This document shows, one piece after another, positions 1 through 10,822 of a stretch of DNA of 64,000 nucleotides. The stretch is taken from positions 64,728,001 through 64,792,000 of the forward strand of contig JBNRSN020000005.1 of NCBI GenBank assembly GCA_051313645.2. Reading direction: 5' to 3'. Each line of letters opens with the position of its first letter. The first letter of the stretch is position 1. The position numbers were made by a program, and so were the translations under genes. The notes beneath the pieces were generated by a model. The model ran no database searches and was not told where the DNA came from. It was given only the letters and a program-made list of their open reading frames with translations. Origin of the DNA: Centroscyllium fabricii (lineage: Eukaryota).

Positions 1-149
1 TGGTGGGTTTGAATGCCCCCAATATACCTGTAGTAGGAAATGGTTCTATTCCCCAGGGCCAAAGTCCCTTGCCTTCATAATCACAAAATGTAATTTTTTT
101 AAATAAGTAATATGATCTTCTGTGAATAGCTGAGCATGCAGATTAGGGA

Positions 150-745
150 GATCTCAGTGCTGAGTTAGTTCATTTCAGCCAGATGGTAGTAAGGACACTA
201 CAATTAGCCTCAGTGCCCCTGCACCAGGAAGAGAATCAGCCAGGATTCTCAGAATCAGTGCGGCACGGTGGCATAGTGGTTAGCACTGTTGCCTTACAGC
301 ACTCGAGACCCGGGTTCAAATCCAGCCTCGGGTGACTATCTGTGTGGAGTTTGCACATTCTCCCCGTGTCTGCGTGGGTTTCCTCCGGGTGCTCCGGTTT
401 CCTCCCACAGTCCAAAGATGTGCGGGTTAGGTTGATCGGCCAGGATAAATTGACCCTTCGTGTTAGGGGGGTTGAATATGTGGGGTTACGGGGATAGGGT
501 GGGATGTGTGTCAGTGCGGGGTAGATAGGGATATGGCGGGAGGGCAGGGGCGGGGTGCTGGGTTTGGATGATCAGCCATGATCTCATTGAATGGCGGAGC
601 AGGCTCGAAGGGCCGAATGGACTACTCCTGCTCCTATCTTCTATGTTTTATGTTTCTATGTTTTTCTTCAGGACCATTGTCCAGTGACCCCTTGTTAGAA
701 AGTATAAGGAGAGGATCAGGTTTGGCTGCAATGTTTTCCCAGCTG
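150..745 (+). mobile_element. Old degraded SINE (AmnSINE2-like by recall), split by the V-SINE at 260-665
   Basis: gctgagttag...ctacaattagcctcagtgcccct...aatcagccagg before the V-SINE and tccagtgacccct...ggatcaggtttggctg after it; family name from memory only. Confidence 0.35.
260..665 (+). mobile_element. V-SINE (HE1-like), full length
   Basis: tRNA head (tggcatagtggtt A box, ggttcaaatcc B box), V-domain tctgcgtgggtttcctccgggtgctccggtttcctcccaca, CR1-like tail ending in (tttctatg)n. Confidence 0.9.
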
Positions 746-804
746 AACAACTTGCTTTTTCTCCTCCTTGCTTTCTGTATGTCTGGAACATTATAGAAAC
801 GTAA

Positions 805-1385
805 GGTGGTGTGATGAGACCACACCTTGACTATTGTGTGCAGTTTTGTTCACCTTATCTGAGGAAGGATGTTCTTGCCATGGAGGGAGTGCAGCGAAGT
901 TTCACCACGCTGATACCTGGGATGGCAGGAATGACGTATGATGAGAGATTGGGTCGATTGGGCTTGTACTCGCTGGAGTTTAGAAGAATGAGAGGGGAGC
1001 TCATTGAAACTTATAAATATCTAACAGGACTAGACAGACTAGATGCAGGAAGGATGTTCCTGATTGTGGGGGAGTCCAGAACCAGGGGACACAGTCTAAG
1101 GATAAGGGGTAAACCATTTAGGACTGAGATGAGGAGGAATTTCTTCACCCAGAGAGTGGTGAACCTGTGGAATTCTCTACCACAGAAGGCAGTAGAGGCC
1201 AATTCATTAAATATATTCAAGAAGGAGTTAGATATATTTGTTAAGGCTAAGGGATCAAGGGATATGGAGAGAAGGCAGGGACAGGGTACTGAATTTGAAT
1301 GACCAGCCATGATTTCATTGAATGGCGGAGCAGGCTGGAGGTTGCCGAATGGTTTACTCCTGCTCCTATCTTCGATGTTTCTATT
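805..1385 (+). mobile_element. CR1 LINE 3' fragment
   Basis: ORF 811-1302 RPHLDYCVQF...RNFFTQRVVNLWNSLP is the CR1 ORF2 C-terminus, followed by the CR1 3' UTR. Confidence 0.9.
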
Positions 1386-1734
1386 CCTGCCAACATGTGA
1401 TTGGGAAGGCTTGTACTACAAGGCTGCTGGAACCCGTGAAGCTGTGCCCCAGCATGAGTCAGCACCTCGGGAAATAAGGGGAGGAATTCGATAAAGCTGA
1501 ACTCTGAAATTGCTCTTAGTCATATAGGAATTGCTGACTCAGACAAATACATTTACTGAAAAAATGATCTATTACTGGAATAGAAAAAGAGCAAATATAA
1601 CTTCATTATTCAACCATGTATGTGCGTATGTCCAGCCAGCCTCCGTAAACAAGCATTAGAGCATTAGAGCAACATGGAAACCACACAAGAATGTGATCAT
1701 GGGTGAGTAATTAGTCTTAGTCATCAAGGGACAT

Positions 1735-2146
1735 ACATAGAAACATAGAAGCATAGAAGATAGGAGCAGGAGTAGGCCATTCGGCCCTACGAGCCTGCTC
1801 CGCCATTCAATGAGATCATGGCTGATCATCCAAACCCAGCACCCCGTCCCTGCCTTGTCCCCATATCCCTCGATCCCTATCGAGCCTGCACCAACACATA
1901 TCCCACCCTATCCCTGTAACCCCACATATTCAATCCCCCTAACACTAAGGGTCAATTTATCCTGGCCAATCAACCTAACCCGCACATCTTTGGACTGTGG
2001 GAGGAAACCGGAGCACCCGGAGGAAACCCACGCAGACACGGGGAGAATGTACAAACTCCACACAGATAGTACCCGAGGCTGGATTTGAACCCGGGTCTCC
2101 AGAGCTGTGAGGCAACAGTGCTAACCACTATGCCACCGTGCCGCCC
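1735..2146 (-). mobile_element. V-SINE (HE1-like), full length
   Basis: Reverse complement of the 260-665 family: tail, V-domain and tRNA head present. Confidence 0.9.
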
Positions 2147-2419
2147 ACATGAGTCTTATTAGCTGCTGTGGTCAAAAGTCTACTATCTAAGGAGTCAGGT
2201 ACAGTGGGATTGGATGTCACACTGTCCTTTTATTTCTGGGAGTTTTGTTTGAACAGTACTGACTGAGTAATTAGTCTTAGTCATCAAGGAAAGGGTAACC
2301 CAAGGGACATGCATGAGTCTGTGGGCAAGTAACAGAGCGGTTCAGCACCTGATCCTGTTGCACATCTCCTGAAGGGGAAGTTACACAGTATTACATGGAA
2401 ATTACAATCCAGAAACAAG

Positions 2420-2760
2420 CTATTCTCTTCCTTGTTTTCAAATCCCTCCACGGCCTCGCTCTTCCCCATCTCTGTCACCTCCTCCATTCCTACAACACTC
2501 TGAAATCTCTGCGCTCCTCCAATTCTGGCCACTTGCGCATCCCTGATTTTCATCTCTCCACCATTGGCGGCCGTACCTTCAGCTGCCAAGGCCCTAAGTT
2601 CTGGAATTCCCTCCTTGAACCTCTCCCCCTCTCTCTCCCTTGCTCTCTCCTCCTTTAAGACGCTCCTCAAAAATGACCTCTTTGACCAAGCTTTTGGTCA
2701 TCTGTCCTGATATATCCTTATGTGGCTCAGTGTCAAATTTTGTTTGATTATGCTCCTGGG
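2420..2760 (+). mobile_element. L2 LINE 3' fragment
   Basis: LVFKSLHGLA...LRSSNSG...GGRTFSCQGPKFWNSL is a typical L2 ORF2 C-terminus. Confidence 0.8.
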
Positions 2761-2818
2761 TGTTTACCCTTCACACGAGCAATAGCCCTAATTTCATTTG
2801 GCTGCCTTGTTCTCATAT

Positions 2819-3010
2819 GCAAGAAGTCACACAACACCAGGTTATAGTCCAACAGTTTTATTTGAAATCACAAGCTTTCGGAGCGCTGCTCCTTCCTCAG
2901 GCGAAAGAGAAGTTCATCTAAAGACAGCACATATACCAGGGAGAGAGCAATCTAATCTCCAACATCACACTTCAGCAGAAATACAGAGCAGACAAAGATG
3001 TTTTAACATA
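2819..3010 (-). mobile_element. Penelope-like element terminal (pLTR) fragment with hammerhead-like motif
   Basis: Minus strand reads ctgagga-aggagcagcgctcc-gaaagcttgtgatttcaaataaaactgttggactataacctggtgttgtgtg; same sequence at 15107 and 53283. Confidence 0.7.
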
Positions 3011-3367
3011 TTTTAGCATATTAATCAGGCACCAGTCTGAGATCAATGAGGTATAGTCACAAAGGGTCAAATGTTGCAGTCTGCAGTTGCAGTGAAAACA
3101 CACAGAATGATTTTTAAAGAAAAAGGATTTTCTTTACTGGAAATCGCCGCAGCGAACAAGACAAAGATGAATCGAGTCTGGATGACTCTACGTTTTCATT
3201 TTTGTTCTCATATCACTTTAACCTCCTTTCTTTCAACCACCTATCTAACTTAATTTTTAAATGCTGCATTTCCAGGATTTTTTAATAGAATTAAATATGG
3301 GTAGAGATGGATGTAAAACAGGCTACCGATACGCTATCGCCTATTTTACACTATCGCACAAAGTCAA

Positions 3368-3492
3368 AATAATAATAATAATAATTCAACTTTTATTGTC
3401 ATTATACAATGTACAAGTACAGGAACAACGAAATGTGATCTTGCAAGCTCCCAAGAGTCCAGCAAAGCTGTTGCGTCTGTGCGCGCCGCCAT
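3368..3492 (-). mobile_element. ~125-bp non-autonomous element made of Rex1-like 5' and 3' ends
   Basis: 5' end aatggcggcgcgcac...gctttg matches the LINE start at ~18600; 3' end cgttg...aatgacaataaaagttg matches the Rex1 tail at ~15340. Confidence 0.6.
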
Positions 3493-3885
3493 TCAATCTT
3501 TCCATCATTCCGACAGTGGCCCCCACTGTGTGGACTTGAACATCAAAGATAACCACTTAAGCAAGATGCTGCCCCCAATGAACTCTAGAGTAAGTTGCCA
3601 CCATTCGGGGAGGGGAAAATTGTGAGGGGAGAGGGAGAAAGGCAGATATTCATAAAACCTTTTATTTTCTGAAATGTACTTTACAGAGTGTGAAAAGATT
3701 TACCATTGTTCTGTAATCATTCCTTCTCCAATCTGATTAGAACCATGTTTCTGGCTCAATTCAGTATCAGTCAACAATCTTACAAAGCAATCGGATGCAG
3801 ACTTGGAGCCTCATCAAACAAATACAAACTGCAACCCAGTCTTCAGACATCTCCTACATCTGACACAATTAAAAAGAAACTTTGA

Positions 3886-4510
3886 GGGGGAGAAATTTGG
3901 TTGGTTAGCACCTCCTGTTAGCACCTCTGGGGGCGATAACGGGGCACTAATGACTTACCGCCCGGGTGCGGCGATGTTACCGCCACCCGCGGAATTCACC
4001 TGGCGGTTTGCGGCAGAGGTAACCCCTAGCGCCACAATCACCTGCGCCCAAAGATCGTGACATCATCGGTAGCGTATCGCCCCGATAGCGCCCCAGAACT
4101 GAACTTTGGTTCCGCCCCCTGCAGCATCGCCGGGCGGAAACACCGACAGCTGCAGGAGGCGTTTCGGGGGTCATACTTAAAGTGCATCGGGCTGATCGGG
4201 CTGGATCGCGGCTGCCGTCGGGGACCAGGTAAGTTTTGCCCTTGCAGAGCCTGCAGCGATGGGCCCTTCCCTTTAAGAGAGGGAGGGAGCCTTCCAACGC
4301 AGCACTGCTGCGCAGCCCATTGTGCAACCAACCGCCCTGCCTGCTGCGCTCCAAGAATGAAGTGAAGCACTTGATTTAGTGCTCCACTTCCTTCCTGGAG
4401 TGCTGAAATTCAAATTTACAAAAAGCTGGGAATCATTACCGCCTGGCGCTAAGTTTTCCAGCTTTCAAAATTTACCTCCCCCAAATGTGTCGATATTTAA
4501 TTTCTCCCCC
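3886..4510. mobile_element. GC-rich MITE (non-autonomous DNA transposon)
   Basis: Terminal inverted repeats gggggagaaatt ... aatttctccccc. Confidence 0.7.
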
Positions 4511-4615
4511 TTAAAGTTTTATTATTAAGCACTTATTGCAGCGAATGCCTTGGCCATGTGATGCCAGGCTTGCTACATTCAGCGAGGATGCAGGAGATCA
4601 GGATAAGCCTGCAGT

Positions 4616-7250
4616 TAGGTTTGCAAAATTCCAGGCATTGTAAAAGAGGAAACTTTCCATGGGAATTTTCAGGAATTTATGGGAAGTTAAGGGAATTTGG
4701 GGAATTTATGGGAATTTTGAGTTTTTTTGCACACTGATGGGTTCTATCTCTGATCCTTATATTATCTTTGTCATCAAAATAGACATACTGTTCCATATAA
4801 ATAAAAACAGGCTTTCAAAACTTTATTTAGGTTATAATTTTGAACTTTATTGAACCCCCACAAAAAGACCCATCTAAAATAAAATAAAAAGAGTGTCAGC
4901 TTACTTAGCCTGTAATTTGTCCTTATGTTGTCCCTTTGAGTCTTCTACTCATGAGTCTTCTGAGTCTTCTACTCATCATTGCTCCTCCTGATTCTCTGAC
5001 TCTGGCTCTGACGTGTCCATTTCCTCCTCTGTGTCACTGTCTAGCTGTGTGGTGGACACTTCTGTATCTGGCTCAATAAGTTGTAGATTTGCCCGGATAG
5101 CCACCAGTTTCTCCACTCTCTTGTTAGTCAGCCTGTTGCGCACCTTTGTATGCGTATTCCCAAAAGGTGACCAGTTTTGTTCAGAGGCCGCTGATGAAGG
5201 TGGGATTTGGAGTATCACCGATGCAATAGGTGACAGGGCCTCAGATGCACAAAGTCCCTTCCACCAGTTATGTGCACTGATATGCTTGCATGATTCCCAT
5301 ATCCCATCCCCATTCCAAAGACCTTGCTTGGCAGAGAACTTTGCCAGACTTCCCAGAACTTTGCCCACATCCAGATTGAGATGGTGTGAGAGGGTAGAAA
5401 TCACACTGTAAGAGCTGTTGATCTCTTCTCCAGAAAGTATTGGTCTCCCAACATGCTTTGGGTCCAGCATGTATGCTGCAGCATGAATCGGATAGATACA
5501 AAATTATTGACGCGTCTGTATGAATTGAACAATTGCCTTCTCCCCTGCTTTGAACAGCAGAGATGTGGGTAGGGCAATGCTGATTTGTTCTTTTAAATCA
5601 GCAAAAAGCCTGAGAACATCTGACAAGACAGCGTCATCTCCTTCAATCTGAGCAATTGCAGATGCTACTGGTGAGAGTAGTTTAAGGCTGCTAACCACTC
5701 GCTCCCAAAACACATCAAGTATTTTCTTGATGGTGGTTTCCATATCCCCAGACTGGGATATTGCCATTTCTTGTAGCGACTCTTTACCCTCCAGAAGGCT
5801 GTAGTACATTATGACAACGCCACCCCATCTAGTGTTGCTGGGCAGCTTCAGTGTGGTGTTCTTGTTCTTTGTCATTTGCTTGGAGTTGTAGGTTGCTGCA
5901 ACTACCTGTTTTCCCCTGACATACTTAACAACTTGCTTGGCTCTCTTGTACAGTGTTTCCACAGTTCTCAAACCCATGATGTCCTTGAGGAGCAGGTTGA
6001 GCCCATGAGCTGCGCACCCAATAGACGTAATATGAGGGTAGGCCTCCTCCACTTGAGCCCAAGCAACCTTCATATTTGCAGCATTGTCAGTAACTACTGC
6101 AAAGACCTTTTGTGATCCAAGATCGTTGATGACCGCTTTCAGCTCATCAGCAATGTATGTGTCTGTTGTCCTTCGTGTCTGTGCTCTTGAAGAACACTGG
6201 GAGAGGAGTGCAGACGATGTAGTTTATGATGCCCTCCCCTCGTACATTTGACCACCCATCTGAGATAACTGCAACACAGTCTGCCATCGCTATCATTTCT
6301 TTCAGCTTTCCTTGGACTCTATTATACTCAGCCTCCAGCAAATAAGTAGACAAAGCATGCCTGGTGGGAGGACAGTATGCAGGGCGAATAATATTGAAAA
6401 ATCTCTTCCAGTACACATTGGCTGTGAGCATGAGGGGTGAGCCTGTTGCATATACAGCTTGAGCAAGGCACTCATCTGCATTCTTCTGGCTATGGTTATC
6501 CATTGTATCAAAGAACCTTCCAAGTGGGCCAGGAATTGCTGATGATAAGGAGCCTGATGCTGAATGTGAACCATCATCTTCTTGAATGAAAGCAGAGGAA
6601 CTTTGGGCTGACTGCTGTGAGCTTTGAGTGAAGTTGTTGCATTTGGATAAATGCTGGTGCATCTTTGTGGCATTTTTTAATATATGGCTTTGTGCAGTGT
6701 TTGCACATGTACACAGTCTTTCCATCTTTAATGCCTGGGGTAAAATGCTTCCACACATCCGACGGTAAACATGGCATTGTTCTATGCAGAGAAATAAAAG
6801 GCATTCGACTCTGTGCCGAACTGCAGTTGATCAGCATGATTGCAACAGGGTGAGTAAATTTTTCCTGATGCTCCATGTGATGGAAGCATGACCTGTGCAT
6901 GCACGACGCTACATCACCAATAGAGGGAGCTAATCGCTCATCCACTCATCCAACCAATCAGGACACATTTGTTCGCAGTCACACACAAAACTTCTAATTA
7001 TTAAAACAAGTCCAGTAAGAAGATGAACATATATTGATTACGAAGTTCCTTAATAATTAAGATTCCATCTCTGTTAGTCATTTTAAGAGAGGACCTGTGA
7101 AAAAATGAAAGAAATGCAAAACAAACAATATTATGCTAGCATGTGCTTTTTTGAGAAAATTCCCCAAATCCCCAAGCTAAATTTCCCGTGGAAAATGTCC
7201 GGAAATTTCCCGGAAATTTACCGAAAACTTTCCACCCCTTCAAAACCCTA
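4616..7250 (-). mobile_element. hAT DNA transposon, full length, transposase frameshifted
   Basis: 8-bp TSD CCTGCAGT (4608-4615, 7251-7258); imperfect TIRs taggtttgcaaa / ttcaaaacccta; subterminal ggaaa/tttcc repeats. Confidence 0.9.
4976..6777 (-). pseudogene. hAT transposase pseudogene (BED finger, DUF659-type core, hATC dimerisation domain)
   Basis: VWKHF...CKHC; SDGWSNV; CAAHGLNLL; TRW; PPSSAASEQNWS, spread over four ORFs. Confidence 0.88.
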
Positions 7251-8686
7251 CCTGCAGTAATACGTTTGTTGCAGTGGCTGAATTAGAAACTTCTGAAAAG
7301 GGATATGAACACTGAAAAATCAAGATTTATTTCCTGGAGGGGTTTGGGAACATGTTTCTCCCCACTGAACACTTACATTTTTGACACTTAATTTGGTGCA
7401 TTTCCCAGCATTTTGGAGTAAACTATAATTTTACCTTTGCAGCCAAAAATCATTTATCTTGGAAGAGTTACAGCTATATAAAAATAAAATAGTTTCACAG
7501 ACATCAACAGACATCAATAGAACTTTACAGCATCCAGTTCCTTCTGTTGGGAATTTAACTCACACATGGTAACTGTTTACATTTAATGTGAACAGTTAAC
7601 GATTCAGACCCAGTGTCCATTTCCCCGCAGTTGCTGGTAAAAATCAACATGGATTTAAACTTTCCATGCTGCTCTGGGGCTGCCCCATGAGCCACTGTGG
7701 TTTGGGTTTTTGCACATACCCAGTCACATCAAATAGCTTCCATGCTTGGAGGACAGATTATGGGTCTATAGGTGAAGAACCATATAGACGTGGCCTGAAT
7801 ATCTGGCACCTGAAGGAAATTTAAAAGGACCGTTCCAAATGTCCTTTTAACATTTGGTTAGACTCTCACTGAGGCATAAGATTACATGAGGGGAAGTTTT
7901 AACTGAGTTAGTGTTTAGTTTATATCTCACACTCCATGATTCAAACTGAAATGAAATGTTGATTTTAGTCATACCTCAATTGATATTATTCAAACGACAA
8001 TGACCTTTATTTATTACAATTAGCATTTTTAACCACACTCTTCTGAATTACTTACTGCAATCATTTTGCAACCATCAGTTCAATTACACTGCAATGAATT
8101 ACCCCACAACAGCTCTGCAGCAGTCAAAGTTCAATGGATTCTCACATCCAGCTCTCTCCCTCGCCATCAGTGGCCTATAATCTGTCCCTCCAAATGTGGG
8201 AACCATGTAGTACGATAGTGCATGTGCAGAAGAAGTGAACCACTGTGTCTCTTTGGGCAACCGCTGAGGAGCATAGCAGCCTGAATCTGCACTGATTTCT
8301 ATCAGCAACTTGGTCAAGCAGACAGTGGCTCTGAAATCCTGATGTCTGTTTAAAATACCAGTGACCGACATAGGCAATTCGAGCACCTTTATTCACTGGT
8401 GAAACAATACAAGTTCTGTGATAGTGCAGTTCATGATGTGGTAAGTAATCATAATCCAATGGGGGTCATTTTCAACTCTGAGGCCTAGGCAGTAACCTGG
8501 AGGAACGGATCGCCTGCCCATTAGACATAGACATAGAAGATAGGAGCAGGAGTAGGCCATTCGGCCCTTCGAGCCTGCTCCACCATTCAATGAGATCATG
8601 GCTGATCATCCAAACCCAGCACCCCGCCCCTGCCCTCTCCCCATATCCCCCTCGAGCCTGCAACGACACATATCCCACCCTAACCC

Positions 8687-8833
8687 TTCTTCTTCTTATC
8701 GTGTCTTCTTTCGAAGTGGTGGATGGAGTTTTTAACAGACCGGTTAACGGTCTGCTTTTTGACCGTGCGTTAGCGCCTCCTCCGTGGTCACTGCCTGCTA
8801 TTGCACCTGGTCTTCCCCGATGGTCTCCCATCC

Positions 8834-8866
<33 letters not shown>

Positions 8867-8910
8867 CGAGGTCGACTTGGGATCGGGCGTTCTAGACTAG
8901 CAGGCCGGGG
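8687..8910 (-). mobile_element. 5S rRNA-derived SINE (SINE3 type)
   Basis: Head cggaagctaagcag...ggcctggtcagtacttggatgggagacc matches 5S rRNA A/IE/C boxes; ~110-nt body; (aag)n tail; 11-bp TSD CACCCTAACCC. Confidence 0.88.
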
Positions 8911-8934
8911 CACCCTAACCCCGTAACCCCACAT

Positions 8935-10055
8935 TGTCACAGTTGGCATACCCCTTTAAGGTATCCATTTTGTATTTTGGCATACCTCTTTAAGGTATCC
9001 ATTTTGTATTTGGGGTTTTGTTCTCTGGTGTTGTTAATTGTACCTCAATTGGTTGTTCACATACCTATGTGTTTCTGGTTATCAATACCTGCATCTGATT
9101 GGGTAACACTAATCAATCTGGTTTGGCTGTTTGGCATATTAGCTGGATGGTTTGACCAGACAGGTGCGGGATCATTGGAGCTCTTCATTCTACCAAGGGA
9201 GCAAGTAACACTTTGCAGGACTAGGACATAGGAGGTGTTTCTAGTTTCCGTGGAAGGCAGTGAGCTGTGGTTTTGGAATTCTTCTTCTGAAGACTCTGGA
9301 AGTGAGAGTTCCTGTTGATGAGAAGACTCTGGAAGTGAGAGTTCCTGTTGATGAGTGGACTCTGGAAGATTTCTATATCCTACTTCTGGACACTGTGCTT
9401 CGTCACCTGTATCAGGTTTGGACTTTCCATTTTTACTTCAAGGACATTGCTTGGAAATGATCCAAAAATCTAGGGTTCCGATGGAGGCTGTGTTGGTAGG
9501 GCTTCTCCCTGCTAGTTGAACTATGGTTCTCTCCTTCTGAAGACTCCGGGAGAGATGGGTTCCTGCTGCAAGGCGGACTCTGGGAGAGTTCCATTGCTTT
9601 CTGGACATTGCCTTCTATCACCGGTTCTCAGACATTTGGACATTTTCATTCCTGCGGCAATGAGGCCCTTTTTATATTCCGGAGGCTCTTGGCCGAGTGT
9701 TCTGGGAGTTCAGAGGATGACCACCGAAGGACTATATCCAGGGATGCTCTTGGTTGAGTGTTCAGGGGTACAGCTGGACATTGTTGCAATCATCCGCACT
9801 CAGTATTTGGACTTTTCATTACCACTTCTTATTGGGCTTTTCGGTATTTAAGATACTCTTTGCTGAGTGTCTCGAGGGTTTAATAATCTGTAATAAGCTT
9901 GTGCCTGTCTTCAGTCAAGACTAGTGTTTAGATGTTTATGGATTTTGTATAAATGCATGTATGTCTTTTATAATCATTTTGGTATATTAAAGGATTTAAG
10001 GTCTAGACTGTTTCATCAGTGTTTATGCATTTGGGCCCCACACACCACCGTTACA
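8935..10055. mobile_element. Long solo LTR (1121 bp)
   Basis: TGTCAC...GTTACA termini, 5-bp TSD CACAT, internal direct repeats, no coding content. Confidence 0.8.
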
Positions 10056-10081
10056 CACATATTCAATCCCCCGAACACTAA

Positions 10082-10822
10082 TGCCCTAGTTTCACTGGAG
10101 GCTACGAATTCCCGAATCGTGCCGATTGTGAAATTTGGCCGATTCGTGGGTCATTCTTGCAATTCGTAGTGGATTCGTAGTAGATTCGTAGTGGATTCGT
10201 AGTGGATTCGTAGCGGAATCGTAGAGTTCGCGGTAGTTCGCGGGAGTTCTTTTAGTTTTAAAGAAAGTTTTTGTTTGTCAAAAAATTTCGTAGGAGGGTT
10301 CCCGATTTTCCAATTCGTGATAGATTCGTAAACAATTCGTGACCCATTCTTACCGTTCGTGACCCTTTCTTACCGTTCGTAACTGATTCGTAGTGGATTC
10401 GTGGTGCATTCTTGACTATTCTTGGGCATTCTTGATTTTTTCAAAATCAGGAATGCACCACGAATGCACCACGAATGCACTGCGATTGTCCACGAATGTC
10501 CACGAATGCACTACGAATGCAATTCGTAGATAATTCGTAGCTAATTCGTAGAATTCGTAACTAATTCGTGGAGTTCGTAGTGGATTCTTAATTAATTCTT
10601 GCAATTCGTGGTGGATTCGTGAGTGATTCGTACCTCATTCGTAAAATAATTCGTGATAGATTCGTAACCTTGTCCAGAATCGCCAAGAATTCACCAAGAA
10701 TCGCCAAGAATCCACCAAGATTTTTCGCATTTCTTGCAGAATCCCCAAGAATCGCCAAGATTTTCGATTCTTGACGATTCTTGGGATACTTGGCATTCTT
10801 AGCCTCCAGTGAAACTAGGGCA
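10082..10822. mobile_element. PIF/Harbinger-like MITE with decamer-repeat interior, copy 1
   Basis: 23-bp TIR TGCCCTAGTTTCACTGGAGGCTA, TAA TSD, second copy at 53621. Confidence 0.85.

Noticed and set aside
260-335. tRNA gene
   Set aside because: tRNA-derived head of a V-SINE.
8099-8459. Possible host exon (ORFs plus GTAAGT-like donors)
   Set aside because: No recognisable protein; all plus-strand frames between the candidate splice sites contain stops.
8790-8910. Functional 5S rRNA gene
   Set aside because: Diverged, fused to a body and tail and flanked by a TSD; it is a SINE head.
10140-10800. Regular short repeats suggesting a CRISPR array
   Set aside because: No unique spacers or cas genes; bounded by TIRs and TSD, so a eukaryotic MITE.
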